NCBI RefSeq assembly: GCF_963921235.1
Contig: NC_086101.1
Coordinates: forward strand, 11,906,001-11,970,000
Reading direction: 5' to 3'
From: Mobula hypostoma
Taxonomy: Eukaryota
DNA length: 64,000 nt
Below, piece after piece: positions 1 through 15,355 of this stretch. The position numbers and the translations under genes are program-made. The notes below the pieces were generated by a model that worked only from the letters and a program-made list of their open reading frames with translations, was not told the origin of the DNA and searched no databases. Every line of letters begins with the position of its first letter. Within the stretch, counting starts at the first letter, position 1.

Positions 1-600
1 ATGAAAGTAATTAATCCTCGGTATAGATCATCGCGACCTGCAGCTCCTCGAGAGTGCATTTTGCAAAATTTTATTTTTCGGGCTTTTCAGTTATTGTCAA
101 AAACTATCGAACGATAATTATCGCGATTTTGAGGTAATTAGTGGAAAGATTGTTAAACAGTAACCGCAGCGACATTGCAATTGAGGTATTTTTGACTTTT
201 TTAAAAAGAGCTGCGGGAAAGGAGTAAATGGAAATGGAAAATTCTCGTCTCAGTACGCCACCCTCTCGACGAGGCGCGGCGCAGATGCTGGAGGAAAATC
301 TAGGATACCATTTCTCTGCTTTTTAAACGCACAAGGATGACTAATTAGTTTTGAGAAACATCCAGGTTCCTTGCATTAGAGTGAATGGAAAGGGAGTACT
401 TGGGAAAAAATTGGAGTTCCTTTGTTGAATTTTTGTAAGTGGGGGAGGGGCAGTGCATGAAAGAAATCGCCCTCCTGATACAGCCGGGGATAGGAAATGC
501 ATTCCAATCCTCGGGGGTGGTCGAGCCATTATTTTGTGCTTGCAACCCGATCTGAGATTTTCTTTTGCATTTTTGAAGTGGAGGGGAAGTAACTGTAGTA

Positions 601-730
601 ATTTGCATTAATTGGATTGGTCGGAGTGCGTTGGAGGGAATCGCACCCGTTGCGGGCGCGCCAATAAGTGCATTAGCCAATGGAGTAAACGGAATGTGGC
701 GCCAAACGGTTGGTATTTCGAATTTAAATC
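601..730. promoter_or_regulatory. CpG-rich motif cluster (octamer, CCAAT boxes, E2F, CHR-like), presumably in tubulin intron 1
   Basis: ATTTGCAT 601-608; ATTGG at 611 and 616; CCAAT at 661 and 677; TGGCGCCAAA 697-706; TTCGAA/TTTAAA 717-728; locally CpG-rich. Confidence 0.45.
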
Positions 731-2214
731 CTGTCCAGAAGAGCGCCCGTCTTCCGCTCTCCCCCCTCCCCCGCGATCCGGCTGCTATCAAAGGCATGGG
801 GCTTGCGCGTTTTCTTGCTGCAGCCATGAATGATTAAATACGTTCAATCCCCAAGGCGGTGCGGTTGACCCTGGGATAAAGGTTTTGCAAATTTAAATAT
901 TTTTTGCTTAGTCGGTGTTTTTTTTCAAGGTGGAAGAAAACGTGAGCGGCTTTTTTTGCTGAAACTTGAGTTTGATGGATTGATCAGTGCGGTGACTGTT
1001 AACCAGAATGCTGCAGTGCATATAAGTTGCACCTTTCACATAAATTCATTTTGTATACAACTATTGCCCATCCTCCGGAAAAAGCGCCAGAGGTTTTGCA
1101 ACACGTGTTCATTCAGACCTCATTGCTATAGTAATTACTTTACGTTTTATTTAATAATACCTTGTTCGTTCCTTACGCCGAATTTTTTTTACATAATTCT
1201 GAATAGTTCCTATTTGAGGTAGCCAGTTCCCTTTTTTGAAAGTAGCTGTTGAATAGACCAGTGAAACTAATAAATGATCTGTAAGACAAGATTTTGTGTA
1301 CGTATATATTGAACTGTCAGACTTGTAGTTCTTACACTCTCCACTAATGTCCGCTAACCTCCCCTTCATTTGGTGAAGAATTAATCTTATTACTTGAATT
1401 TCTCCAAACTAGTTTTAAGACATTATGAAATTCATAAAATGTCTGTGGGTAAAAAGCTTGAGGCTTGAATCTTTCTGGTTGGAGCATAGATTCTTGAAGG
1501 TCACTACAGTTACCATTGGGGCTGGGCAGTATCTTACATTCCAGAAAATAAAAAAAAAAACTCCTGTGGAAGATGTATATTCGAGTAATTATTATGGGAT
1601 GCTCGAATGCTTTAATTCAGAACAATGGTGAATGTGCACAAGAATTGAAAGTCTAATCACAGAGCTTTTGTTCTGTTACCCCACCCGATGCGTTTGTGAG
1701 ATCTGCTCCAGCCAGTGCGCAAACACGGGCTTGAGAACGTGTTAATGAGTTAGAACCTTAGGGATATGACGAGTAGGAAATGAGGGGGGTATATAAATGT
1801 GTATTTACTGTAATTTCTATCTTTATTTTGTATTGCATTGTGCGATATTTCAAATTGGTGCCCGTGATATTAAACCTGATTGTGATAGTCTATTTTGGAC
1901 CCACCCATCTCGGAGTGGAAGTCCACAATGAGTAATGTTGATAGTCACAGCATGTGGTGAGTTGGTTTCAGTGTGTCAGTTGCTTGTGGAAATGAAAAGG
2001 TTTCCAGTTCAGGTGGGAATGCTGATCGTTAGGATGGTACCTCACCACCTGGGACACGCTCTTATTACTACCATTAGGGAGGCAGTACAGGAGCCTGAAG
2101 AAACTCACCCCTCTGCCATCAATTTTCTGAATGGTCTTCCCACTACCTTAGAATTTTCTCCTCTTTATTCATTATTTTTGTTCCGTTATTCTGCTGCAAG
2201 AGAACAGATGTCTT

Positions 2215-2475
2215 ACACCGGACTCAAATCTAAAATCTCTCAAAAGATAATGGATAGGTCAGCGCTTTTTTTTTGAACTCCTAAACTGGAACTCAATACC
2301 TAAGGCTAGAAGCTCACTCTGGTGAGCTAATACCAGCCTATTTAATATAATATCCAGTTTTATCTACCGCCTTTGTCAATTTTCTTTGTGTATTTCTGCA
2401 TGGTTACACTTTATCCCGTTGTAAAGCACTTTGCACTACACGGGAAAAGCGCTGCAGTAATAAGTTATTGTAATA
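2215..2475 (+). mobile_element. L2-like LINE 3' end (decayed)
   Basis: Terminal motif TGTAAAGCACTTTG...GAAAAGCGCT...AATAA typical of L2 tails. Confidence 0.5.
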
Positions 2476-2974
2476 AAGATATTTTCTCAAGGTGATTGCC
2501 CACCACTTGACCATGTCTGTTTTTTTCCCAGCTAGGGCAGGAGCTAGCCTACTACAGAATAATTATAGTATGGTTGTAAATGCAACAGATATTTATATAC
2601 TGTCACAATCTCATGCTAATTGTCATCAACATTGATAAACAGCAACTCCAGTTAACCTGATGTACTAGTTACTGGGCTGAGGATGCATCTTGGCCAGACC
2701 AGCCTCTGCACATTGTGGTCGGCCCCTCAAGGTTCGACGGCTTGTTGTGACCTGGCAGCTGATTTGGCTCGGATTGCTTCGCACTGGATTGTACTCCAGG
2801 CTAGTGTTGTACCAGCAGGTGTCCAGTTTTGGACTGAATCCCAACCCTGCAAATGCCAGCTTCAGCTTGTGCTTTGAGAAGAACCTCAGCCTTCCTGTGT
2901 TTAATATCATTAGAGGAAGTTTTATTTTTGAAAATGAATTGGTTGCTTGCATTCTAAATTGAAGCCTTTATACC

Positions 2975-3340
2975 ATTTATTTAGAGATAGTGTGGGATGT
3001 GCCCTTCCAGCCCAAAGCACTGCACTGTCCAGCAACTCACCTGGTTTATCTCAGGGAATTTACAACAGGCAATTAAGACAATAAGATATCAGAGTATAAT
3101 TGGGCCATTGAATCTCCTTTGCCATTCCATCGTGGCTGATTTATTACTGATCGCAACCCCATTCTCCTGCCTTCTCTCTGTACCTTGGGCGTCGTGACTT
3201 AGAATTGACCTACTAACTGGTACACCTTTGGTCTATGGGAGGAACTGAGCACCCAGGGGTAACCAACAAACAAACTGATGCCGCAATTGACCTCTGAACT
3301 CCGATGCCACAAGCTGTAATTGCATTGCACCAGCCACTGG
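2975..3340 (-). mobile_element. V-SINE/HE1-like SINE relic interrupted by a CR1 3' tail (~3075-3200)
   Basis: Reverse-strand similarity to the SINE at 24410; CR1 tail motif GGCCATT...CATCGTGGCTGAT. Confidence 0.5.
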
Positions 3341-5934
3341 TTGAGCTGAGTGAATGTCAGCCCTGTCTTCCACTGAGCCAGAAGCTACAGTATGACAATA
3401 GTTAATGGGTAATATCTATAATAAATTGTTCAGAGGTGTTCTGAAGCTTTCCCCAACTGAGTAAAGGCACTAATCACAATTTTTTTAATATTCAGCCCAT
3501 TAATTTTTTTAAGAGCAATTAAAAAATCCTTGCAGTGTTGAAGCTCGACAATGTGTGGGCTGATTCTCTCCCATACTGGGTGGGTGACTGAACAACTATA
3601 TAGCAGTACGATGGTCTGGTGGGTAGTGCTGCGGTGATCCAGGTTTAATTCTTTGCCTGTAGAGTTATCCCCTCTCTGGTGATGAATGATAGACCTGGCT
3701 TCCCCCTGCACCTAAAAAGCATGCTGGTTGGTCACTGATGGGAGAATGTGGGGGTGCATTTATTGGGCAGGATAGGTTGCAGAGAAAAGTTTGGGTGGGC
3801 AGGATTACTGAGCTGGCAGACCCTCAGCCAAATGGCCCTTGTTTTTGTGAGGGGAAACTGACTTGGAGCATTTCTATCAGCACCCGCAATGATCAGGGGC
3901 TGCTGGAAGGGTTTGGGAATTTATGTACACAGTTGCCCCCAGAAATAGGTGACTGGTAGTGGATTGGGATTGGTGGCCAGTTGGTCTGTATCTGGACCTC
4001 CCACCCCACCCCATAGTGACTATGGTTCGGTCTGTAATGTGACACCTGTACCCGTTACTGGGCAATGGGTCTGAGGTGGGTATTTGAGTCACCATCCATG
4101 AGATCAGTGGACAGTAGTCTGTGTAGAGAATGCAGATCTGTGTTAAGGGGATCTGAATTTCCCTCAATCTGACTGCACTGACGGCTATTAATAAATCCAT
4201 CAGGTTCGCGGAACCCACCTTCACAGTCCAGACCCTACCTCCTGTAACGGAACACAACACTCTCTCTACCGTGCACTTGCTCGGTCCTGGTTTAACAGCT
4301 TTTCATTGATGCTGCAAGTCAGTTTTTCATTGTCCGTATACTACATGAGAATATGGTTTAAATGCTTTACAACAGTTAAAAAGCTCAGGACAACTTTATC
4401 CCACTTGTCAAACTCTCGAGCAGACCTCCGGACTATGGCCCTCAGTCTTGCTCATTCGGATCATGTCATCGAGGCATGCAAGCCTAAGCCCACTGACAAT
4501 GTCATTTATTCTTCATTGTTCTTCCTTTTTCCAATTTTTTTTATTGATTTGATTTCTATATAGAAGAATAGAGTTCAAGAGAATACATATTATAAAACAA
4601 AAGACAAAATATAATACCAGATACAGTATATTGAATTACATTAACAAACTCTTTACTCTATATTCATATAGATTAGATTAATTTGTATTTTAGAATATAA
4701 ACAATTTTATTAAGAAAAACGATCTACACCCACTACTAAGTGGAAGCTGTTTGGGATCTGCATTGTTTTACCTTGTTCTGCCTCAGTGTACTGTGTAATG
4801 GTTGGATCTGCATGCAAGGCAATCTCACTGTATCTTGGTACACGTGACGGTAACCGAGAGGGCGTAGTCGCTCCTTTGTGCCTGTTCACCGGTTCCATAA
4901 GATACAAAATGATGATTATCTCTTGGCCTCCTTCCCATACTGACACTCCATGTTACTGATTTTCCTGTGCTATCTGAATTGTCACTCTCCGGCTGAAGAA
5001 ATGGAGCCAGGCTGCCTTGCTCAGATTGACCTGTTCAATCAGAATGTGCACTTGCTACCCTGATGCTGGTGCGATTGGGTAGCTTACCCAGGCACCAGAG
5101 GCTTGTGCTGGAGAAAGTGAGATTGTGATCTACAGTAATTGAAGGGCGTTTATGGTAAGCCATAGGGAGGGTGAGATTTCGATGTACAGTAATTTGAAGA
5201 GTGGGTCTCACCAGTTGTAGCTGTGAGGACTACACAGGCATCTGACATGGAGTTACTTGGTCTGTACATATGCACTGATCTACGCTAATGTGGATAGGGT
5301 GGGGCAGGACAAGAAGCCAAGGCCAATAGACTTGCTAGTCATTTTAAATTGAGTGCCACAGGAACAAAGCCAAACTGTCTCGCGGCTTTCCTTTGTTAAA
5401 ATGCAGGAATTTTCAGCTTCCCGAAACCAGACCATTCCAGTCGCGCCCGTTCAGTCGTTGTTGGCTTTGCAGAGCACAACATGCTGGAAATGGTGCATCA
5501 GAAAGGAGCCTTTTGTCTCCGTCCTTTGTTTTATTTTGGCTGTTTTTTGTGTTGCTGCTGAAGCTCGGTCTGCAAGGGTCTGGGTGTAAATTTCTTTTTA
5601 TCGGTCACCAGGACGGTGCTGGCTGTGGTCGAGCTATCTCCCGTGAGCTGCTGCACTCGTGCCCCATGTCCGCAAGATTTTAACCCCTCCCTTGCCCTGT
5701 TCCACCTGCTGGTTGGGGTGCGGGGGATTTATTGTCCTCCAAACTCTAATAAACCTGGACGGTGACTTGTTGGGAGGGGGGAAAGCAGCAGGTCGAGAGG
5801 AAACGCAATACTGGTGGCACTTGGGTATTCCGATTATTTGTGGGCATATTTCCCAGTGGAAATGCCATCTCTCTAACCCAGTCCCTCTCATCTGGCAACT
5901 TCACACGGCCCTGACAGTTCTGCCACCTGCATTG

Positions 5935-6110
5935 AGACCACAAGTCATAGGAGCTGAGTTAGACATTCAGCCCATTGAGTCTTCTGCTATCTCATCATGG
6001 CTGATTTATTTTCCCCCTCAATCCTATTCTTGTCATCTTCCTATGACCTTTGACACCTTTACTAATCAAGAACCTATCAACCTCTGCTTTAAATGTACCC
6101 ATTGTCCCTT
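5935..6110 (-). mobile_element. CR1 3' tail fragment
   Basis: CATAGGAGCTGAGTTAGACATTCAGCCCATTGAGTC...ATCAAGAACCTATCAACCTCTG matches other CR1 tails in the window. Confidence 0.65.
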
Positions 6111-7639
6111 AAGACATGGAAAAATGACAGTGTTGAGGTTATCAGGAATGGTTTTAAAATGCAGGTAGACTGGGGGAAAACCAAGTTGCTGTTGGATCCC
6201 AGGGGAGGGAATTTGCGGAATGCCTGTGAGATGGGTTTTTTGGGGCAACTTGTGGTTGAGTCTGTTGGGGAAAGGTAGTTGTGGATTGGGTGCTGTACTG
6301 GCGTTAATTTAACAGTAACCAGTTAATTCCAGCCACACCTGTGGGAAGAAACCGGTGTAGTTGCGGAGTATTTGATGTTTCACTGAAGGTCAGGGTTGAA
6401 CTATTATTGTAATCCTTTCTGTGGCACTGCTGCTACTTTTAAATCCTAGCCGATTTGGGATTTTCTTGCTCAAAGGTTTTGTTTGGACTGTTGAACAATT
6501 GCTTACGCCAGCAAGAGAAGGTGCAGGAATCTCCTGGCTATTGAAGGCTGACCAATGTGAAATAGTGCATTTTGACTTGTTAGTTTTAACCTTGATGAGG
6601 TAGGAGCAGATGTAGGTCACTTGGTACCTGGAGACAGTTGTCTTTAAGAACTGTCAGATCTGGCTGAAAGTTAGATCTACCTGCTGAAGACATGGCAAGC
6701 ACTTGCATGTGAAACCAATTACATTTTGAAGAGACTTGATCTTGCAGCAACTTTAACGTGCAGAAGTCATTTCCTTCTCCCTGGTACCTTCTGTAGAAGT
6801 GAGTTCACTGCCTCCCTCTCTGTTCCTGACTGTCTTTGAACAATGTGCTATTTATAAATCAACCAAGTGTTTCTGCCTTGCACTGGCTGATCTGAACCCA
6901 GTCCTTTTACATTCATAGCAACATGACAGTTTCACAAGCGGCTTATAAAATGCCCATCCTGTTTCCCAGCACCCATCCCTCCCCCCCCATGCCTGCTCAC
7001 TCATGCCTGCTTGGTCTCCTAGCAAGCTGAAGTCCAGCATTGTAGCCTCCCAGACCAGCACAGTGCTGTGTCTCGCCGGTACTTGGGTCTGTGGCCAGGG
7101 AGTGATCTCATACACTGTCAGAGCCTTAGCACTGCACCAATCAGGTGTCTGAAATATCGAATGAATAGTTCCCTGCGTATGTGCTGCCTGACCGGAGTTC
7201 CTGCAGCATTTGGTGTTTGCATGATTACTCATTCCTCAATTGTTCCTTGTCCAGTGATTGTGTGTGTTGGGAAGAAGGGCTGGTGTGCTAATTAGCCTAA
7301 TTTCTTTGATATCAGCAGTGAGCTAAATGCTCCCCTCCACCGTCAGCCCATAGCATCCATCTGTATCAGTAGCTAAGTGGCCTTAAGGGCAGTCTCCTGC
7401 TCCGGGAGGCAGTAGGGTGGGGCGGGTTCATTCAGCTGAGTGTGGTCCCACCGGAAACGTGCATTTGCCTTGGTTTCTCATGTGAACCAGACTTGCCCAT
7501 CTGACAGATTGGCTGAGCAGAGAGTGAATGTTCACACTAAGGGGGTGGGGGGGGGAGGTGATGATGCTTAGATCCAAACTTTTGGTAGAGGTGTTGATTA
7601 GGATTTTATTATGATTGAGATTGTGTCTGAAGGGATTAG

Positions 7640-7900
7640 CAAGGCACAATTTTATTTAAGGGATGATTGCAACTCAAAGGGCTGCACGGCCCTTCAATCC
7701 CCTGCAACCCGGGACAATTTACGACCGATTAATCTGCCTGCGAGGGCTTTGGGTTGTGGAAGGAAGCCGCAGGACCCAGAGGAGATGCACACATTCCACA
7801 GGGGAGCACCTACAGATCCCTTAGAGGATGCCAATTAGAATTCTGATCCCCAAGCTGTGGTAGTGCCACACTATCTTTTATGCCACCATAGCGTAACCTA
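7640..7900 (-). mobile_element. V-SINE/HE1-like SINE relic
   Basis: GGGACAATTTAC...TGTGGAAGGAAGCCGCAGGACCCAGAGGA resembles the reverse complement of the V-domain. Confidence 0.5.
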
Positions 7901-8472
7901 GGTTTAATGAGAGCACTGGAGGAATTGCTGGGTTTTGGACAAGGGCAGGGGTAGCAGATCCATGGGACCACACTAATTGATTGAATTGGTTATTGACCAG
8001 CATTGAAAGAGTGAAGTGTGGGGCTCAAGTCTACAACCAACAGTCTGGGGATTGTCCTGGGGGCAGTTTGCCTATGTCGCTCAGCTTTCGGCACTGACAC
8101 AGCATGGCCATACTTGCTCACCCTGACCCATACATCTTTGGAGTGTAAGGGGTAACCAGTAAAAGAGGGGGAGTGTACAAATGGCTGACAAACGGTTGCA
8201 AACTGAAACATGATCAATAATGGCTGCTATTATAAGGTGTTGTGCTAGTATGCTGCCACTTTCTTGATTTGGAGATGCTCTCCCCTCGCCTCTGCTAACA
8301 GCACAAGGAGGTGCTGTCAGCACGGAGGTGACATCTTGAAGAAAATGTTGGAAAATGTTCTTCTCCAGTACAGATCAACCTGCAGTGGATTGGAACTGCG
8401 ATAAAGATATAGTTGATAGCTTGTTCTTTGTATCTGTAGCTGGATCTAACTTGCCCTCTGTCTCCTCCACAG

Positions 8473-8581
8473 TTCTGGGAAGTGATCAGTGATGAACATG
8501 GCATTGACCCCACTGGCACCTACCACGGAGACAGCGACCTCCAGCTGGACCGCATCAATGTCTACTACAATGAGGCAACAG
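8473..8581 (+). CDS. TUBB: Beta-tubulin exon 2 ([37 protein letters not shown])
   Basis: 109 nt, ctccacAG acceptor and GTatgg donor; canonical vertebrate beta-tubulin exon 2 size and translation. Isotype assignment is less certain than the family call. Confidence 0.97.
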
Positions 8582-9546
8582 GTATGGGTTTCTAGGAGGT
8601 CGGGGCATTGTACTTGGGGAAGCTGGAGTGGGGCTTTGAAGGAGCTGATCATGACCTAAGGAAATGCTGAAGATGCTGCAAGTCCAGAGTAACACACAAA
8701 ATGCTGGACCAACTCAACATGTCAGAGGGATAGAAGGTTGATGGAACCTGTGGACTGTATTCCTCTCCATAGATGTTGCCTGAGTTTCTCTATATTGTTT
8801 TGTGAATGTAACTCAGCAGGAGCTATCTTGGTTTCGCTAAATAAATACCAACTCTTAACTCAGTGATCCAAGGCTAGCTAGATGTTCCTGGCCTAGGTGC
8901 TTTGTTGGCATCTGTGAAGGTGGCCAGGAACTCAAGGAATGAATAATACTGGATCTGATCCACAGGTTCCTATGAAGTCAAGAATGCAACTTGGGATTTT
9001 ATGAAGTATTACATAAAATGGGCAAAGAAATGAGGCAAAGATTGTGCTTGTCTCTTGAACAATATGCCAATGAGCACAATTAACCTGTGAAACACCAGAT
9101 TCAAGTGGTGTGACACCTGCTATAGAAAAACTAAGAAACTTAAAAGTACAGAACCAGCTGTGCTGCAATTAATTGTGAAATTTACTGAATAGATACACAT
9201 GTATAGGCGAATACTAGAAAAATAACAATTCCGCTCCCTAATCCAACAGTGTCTGAGATTGGAAAGTGTAACTTTGTGTTTTCCCCATGTCCTTGTCCTG
9301 TTTATGACATGGTATTGGTCATAGATGCCTAGGGCTGCTTTACCAAAGGGTAATGTCATGGTCATGTATCTAATGTTGACTACATAGTTATATTGGGATC
9401 ATTCTGTTGGATCCTTTAGCTGAGGAAATTGCATCACAGTGGACTCTGCAGTGGTTACTACAGGGAGGGGAGGTGATCAGGTTAAGTTTAAGGTTATGGA
9501 TTAATCCTAAGAGTGGGAGGCTGTTCCTTGTAGAGAATCTTAATGA

Positions 9547-9720
<174 letters not shown>

Positions 9721-9734
9721 TAACTTTGTCTGTG

Positions 9735-10075
9735 GGGGCATTGAGGATGTATTGCAGCTCTTAAAAACCCCGCAGAGTACCCCACATGGAGTATTGTGTT
9801 CAGTTCTAGGAAGGATGTGGAAGTGGCGCAGAGGAGGTTTACCAGGATGCTGCCTGGATGAGCAGGCAGGTTTTGAAGATGGGTTAAGCAAGCTCGGGCT
9901 TTATTCCCCAGCGTGAAGGAGGATGAGGGGGGACGTGAAATGTACAAGATAACAGCTGGAGGTTCTCCTAGGGTGGAAATGGTTAATGTGAAAGGGCAGA
10001 CGGAGTGCTAAGTCCTGAAACACACTGCTGTGGTAGTGGTAGGTTAGTGATAGTGCTGCATGTTGAATTGAGGGA
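9735..10075 (+). mobile_element. Old CR1 3' fragment in tubulin intron 3 (a second fragment at ~10610-10860)
   Basis: CCACATGGAGTATTGTGTTCAGTTCTAG resembles the [10 protein letters not shown] motif. Confidence 0.6.
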
Positions 10076-10885
10076 AGCGTGAGCACAACTTGCATCCTGG
10101 ACAACCCCTTTCCCTTCACATGCCAGGTTGTGTGGGCTTTGTTCCATTGTGTTCAATACAGTGGCAATGCACTGCTTCTGAGAAGCCTCACAGGAATGTT
10201 AAACTGAAACTCAGGTCTGCTTTGAAGTGCAATTCAGGGTAGTGGCCTCTCCCGCCCTAGTCTCGTCAGTCGGATCTATCACAGCGATTTCCCTTCTCTA
10301 GCCTCCCCCGCCCCACCGAACCCCATCTAAGTATGTAAATCCGTGACTGTGCTTTGCTGAAGTGCTGAGTGACCCTGTGTAAACTTGCCAGTGTTTCCTT
10401 GTGTCTTCAGCTTAGAGCGATGGGTGAACTGACAGTTGTCTTGAGTGGATTCCCAGCCTACAATTAATGGTGGAGTGTTGGAATTGTGCTTCAAGTTCTT
10501 GGAATGTGCAAGATCCTAGAATTCAGGTCCCCTTTACGTCCCCGGTCATTTCTGATGTGGGGTGGTTGTGTTCCCAGAATGAACCATATTGTGATATTTG
10601 TCCCCATCCTCACACCAAGTGTGAGACATCAGGATTGAGGGTCTTTGCATAAAGGGTGAGGATGGTTTTCTTCCACCAGGGGGGTGGTGAATCTGGCACA
10701 ACAGAGGGTTGTGGTGGCCATCATTGGCTACATTTTAAGGCGGAGATTAGATTCTTAGTGAAGGTTAGCGTGGAATGGGGTTGGGGTAGTGTGGAGAAAT
10801 CAGCCATGGTTTTGAATGGCAGACTTGAAGGGCCAAATGGATTAACTCTCATATCTTGTAGGTGTTGTTTGGCAGTGGAGTGTGA

Positions 10886-12034
<1,149 letters not shown>

Positions 12035-13066
12035 ACAAAAACCCCCTTTTCTTTTTTTTTCCCTGTACATAATGCATTCTTTTTAAATTGTGTAAATGAG
12101 TAAGATTTGTGGGCTTTTACAGGCTTTGCAGGGCTCGAGTTTAAAATCTTGCACAAGACAAACAATGGCCAATGAGACACTGTAATGTAAAGCTCGAGTC
12201 ACAATCCCAAATCCGAGCAAATTATCACCCCAAGTCCCAGTGCGTGTCCAAATCGAAATCAGCCATGTTTGCTGTGCATTTGTGGGGGTTTCTGTGAGTG
12301 GCTCGTTAAGTGTATATGAAAACCAGGGAGGGAATCCAAAAAAACCTTGAGTGTTGAAAATCTGAATTCTGGGGTGGGTGGTGAAGTAACTGGAAAATTG
12401 AGTGAATCCAGCCAGCAGTTGCATAGAAGCTGAATGTTCTGTCTGTGCTCTTGGCAATCTGATGTCCATTTTCAGTACTAGTCTGGACTGTGGCCCTCTT
12501 AACTCTGAACTCGAGCCCTGTGCTGCAGTATTCCACGGTAAATCTTTTGTTTTGACTGTTTCTGAGCCATTTTATGGTCTAAGGTTATGGAGAGAAGACA
12601 GGAGAATAGGGTTAAGGAAGGAAATTATGAGCCGTGATCAAATGGTGGGACAGACTCAATCGATTGAATAGCCTGATTCCGCTCTGATGTCTTGTGGTCT
12701 AGTTTTTTTTTCTGTTTCATGATGTTGGATGGCTCCTGTTTGTGACAGCTAGCTGTAAAGTAAGTTTGGCAGTACTTTCCATTGGCACTGGCAAGCATTA
12801 GGGATGCAGATGTTCCTAACAAGCACTTGTGCATGAGTGCATGGAAGATCACAATTCGTGGGATTACTGGAAGTGCCTGTCCTGTTCCTGGACAAGTAAT
12901 GTTACCTGGTTAGCACCCAGACCTGCAGGGAATTCCTTTAAACAAGATTCCAATGTAGGGAAAAGAATCTTTAGCTGCAATCTAAATATGGGTGGGAAAA
13001 ACATTGAAGTGTAGACTATCTGTTACCAAACACCTTTTACTGAGACTTGTGCCTCAATACTGGCTT

Positions 13067-15355
13067 GAGTGAGTGTGTGTGTGTGTCTGTCTGTCTCTGT
13101 CGGTCGTGGTTGACCATGGGTACTCTGGTAGTCACTGGTTTGACGAGCAGTGTCGACTGAGGCCGATCTTAGAACAGCAGGCTCTGCCACAGTTGCTGGC
13201 TGCTGTGCTCTCTGCTCCTCAAACTGACTCAGGATCACTTTCGCCTTGCTCTAGGTGCTGCTGAAGAGTACCTCGCCATTCGTTGCGGTCATCTGCTGTA
13301 TCCTCCCAGCACTCTGTTGATTTACGGATTTCATGTCGCGCTTGCAGAGGTCCTTGAAGGGAAGCTGGGGTCTACCAACGTTCTTCTTGCCTGTTGCTAG
13401 TTCTCTGTAGAGGATGTCCTTTGGCAGTCTACCATCCTTCATACAGCAGATGTGACCCAGCCACCGCAATCTGCATTGTCTTAAAAGTGTGAACATTGTG
13501 GGAAGTCCAGCGTGGGAGAGGACCTCAGAGTTTGGGACTTTGTCTCTCCAGGTGATGTCAGGGATGCGGCGAAGGCTGCGTAGGTGAAAACTGTTGAGTT
13601 TCCTCTCCTGTTTGGAGTAGATGGTCCAAGTCTCGCTATCATACAGGAGGGTGCTGGTAACACATGGACTGTACACAGCAGTCTTGGTCTTTGTAGTGAG
13701 TTTCAGATTGTCCCAGGCTCGCAAGGAGAATCGAGCAAGGATCGATGCTGCTTTGCTGATAGACCTGTTGATTTCAGCATCGAGGGAGAGTGTCGTTAAT
13801 GGTTGACCCCAAGTATGTGAACTCGTGGACCACTTCTCGATCATAACTGTCAATGGCAATGACTGGTGTCTCCAGTATGTTCTGGGCAAGGACATTTGTT
13901 TTCTTTAGGCTGACGGTAAGCCTGAAGTCCTTGCATGCCTTAGAGAAACGGTCCGTGAGAGATTGTAGTTGCTGTTTGGTGTGTGAGGTTATAGCATCGT
14001 CATCAGCGAAGAGCATGTCACGTATTAAGATCTTTCGCACCTTCGTTCTTGCTCTCAGGCGCGCAGGGTTGAACAGCCCCCCATCAGACCTGGTGTGCAT
14101 GTAGGTGCCTTCTGTCGACGTCCCAAACGCGTGCTTCAATAGCAGAGAAGGTGATGCTGAATAATGTTGGGGCCAACATGTATCGTTGTTTGACTCCACT
14201 ACGAACAGTGAAGGGTTCTGATGAGCTGCCATTGTACTGAACAGTAGCCCTCATGTCATCATGGAATGACTTGATGATACTTTGGAGTTTTGGGGGACAG
14301 CTGATCTTGAGAATCTAAAAGAGCCCATCCCGGCTGACAAGCTCGAAAGCCTTGGTCAAGTAGTTGAAAGTGACATAGAGGGGTTTCTGTTGCTCCCTGC
14401 ACTTGTGGAGTTGATGGAGTGAGAAAATCATGTCGACGGTTGACCTTCTTGCGTGAAAACCACATTGGGACTCGGTAGACCTGTTCTGCCAGCGTTTAGA
14501 CGTGCCAGAGTTACACGAGCAAAGACTTTACCGACAATACTCCTGTTGTTGTTGCAGTCACTCCTAACACCCTTCTTCTTGTACAAAGTGACTATTTTGG
14601 AGTCACGCATATCCTGTGGTGCGGCTCCTTCCTTCCAGCACTGATGGAGGACCTCGTGTAAAGGTTGGAGGAGTGAGCTGTTGCAGTGTTTGATCAGGTC
14701 TGGAGGAATCCCATCATTGCCAGAAGCTTTCCCTGTCAATTGCCTTGCTGAGGTCCTCAATGGTTGGTTCGGAGTCGAGTTTATCCATGACTGGTAGACA
14801 ATCAATGGCTGAGCTAACAAGAACATTTTCCCCTCGGGTAGAGCTCAGAGTGGTGGTCTACCCAGTGTTCCATCTGCTTGCTTTTATCGGTGATTATTTC
14901 ACTGCTGGATGACTTAAGGGGTACTGTCTTGATCTGTGATGGGCAAAGGGCCTTCTTGATACCAACATACATCGACCTGATGTTTCCTGTCACAGCTGCT
15001 GTCTGAATGTCCTCACTGAGCTGGAGCCAGTACTCATTTGCACTTTGCTTCTAGCAGCTCGAAGTGCCTGGAGTGTTTGGTTGGATGGTGAGCACTTGTA
15101 CTCTGAGATCTGCAAGCTTGGCTTTGATGACTGGAGTCATGATGTTGGAATTTGCCTCAAACCAGTCACTGCTCTTTGTGGTCTTTCTTCCAAAAGATGG
15201 AGAGTGCTGATTCGTGGATGGTGTTGTGAAGGTATGACTATTGTTCTATTGCAGTATCTCCTTGTGAGGAGGTAGTCATAGCACCCTGTGCTGACTTGGC
15301 AGTGTGGTCAACCTTTTCTGACTGTTTCATCTGTTGAGGTTTTCCACTATGTTTG
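13067..15355 (-). mobile_element. RTE-clade LINE, 5'-truncated and frameshifted
   Basis: Translations include GKASGNDGIP, MLFADD, RLRWLGHI..M.DGRLPKDILY and a C-terminal CGRAC...H; microsatellite tail; approximate TSD AATAC/ATGGCTT at 13056-13066 and 15356-15366. Confidence 0.9.

Noticed and set aside
1688..1730. ATGCGTTTGTGAGATC...CAGCCAGTGCGCAAAC resembling tubulin exon 1
   Set aside because: Does not translate to MREIVH.QAGQCGNQ and has no suitable donor; chance similarity
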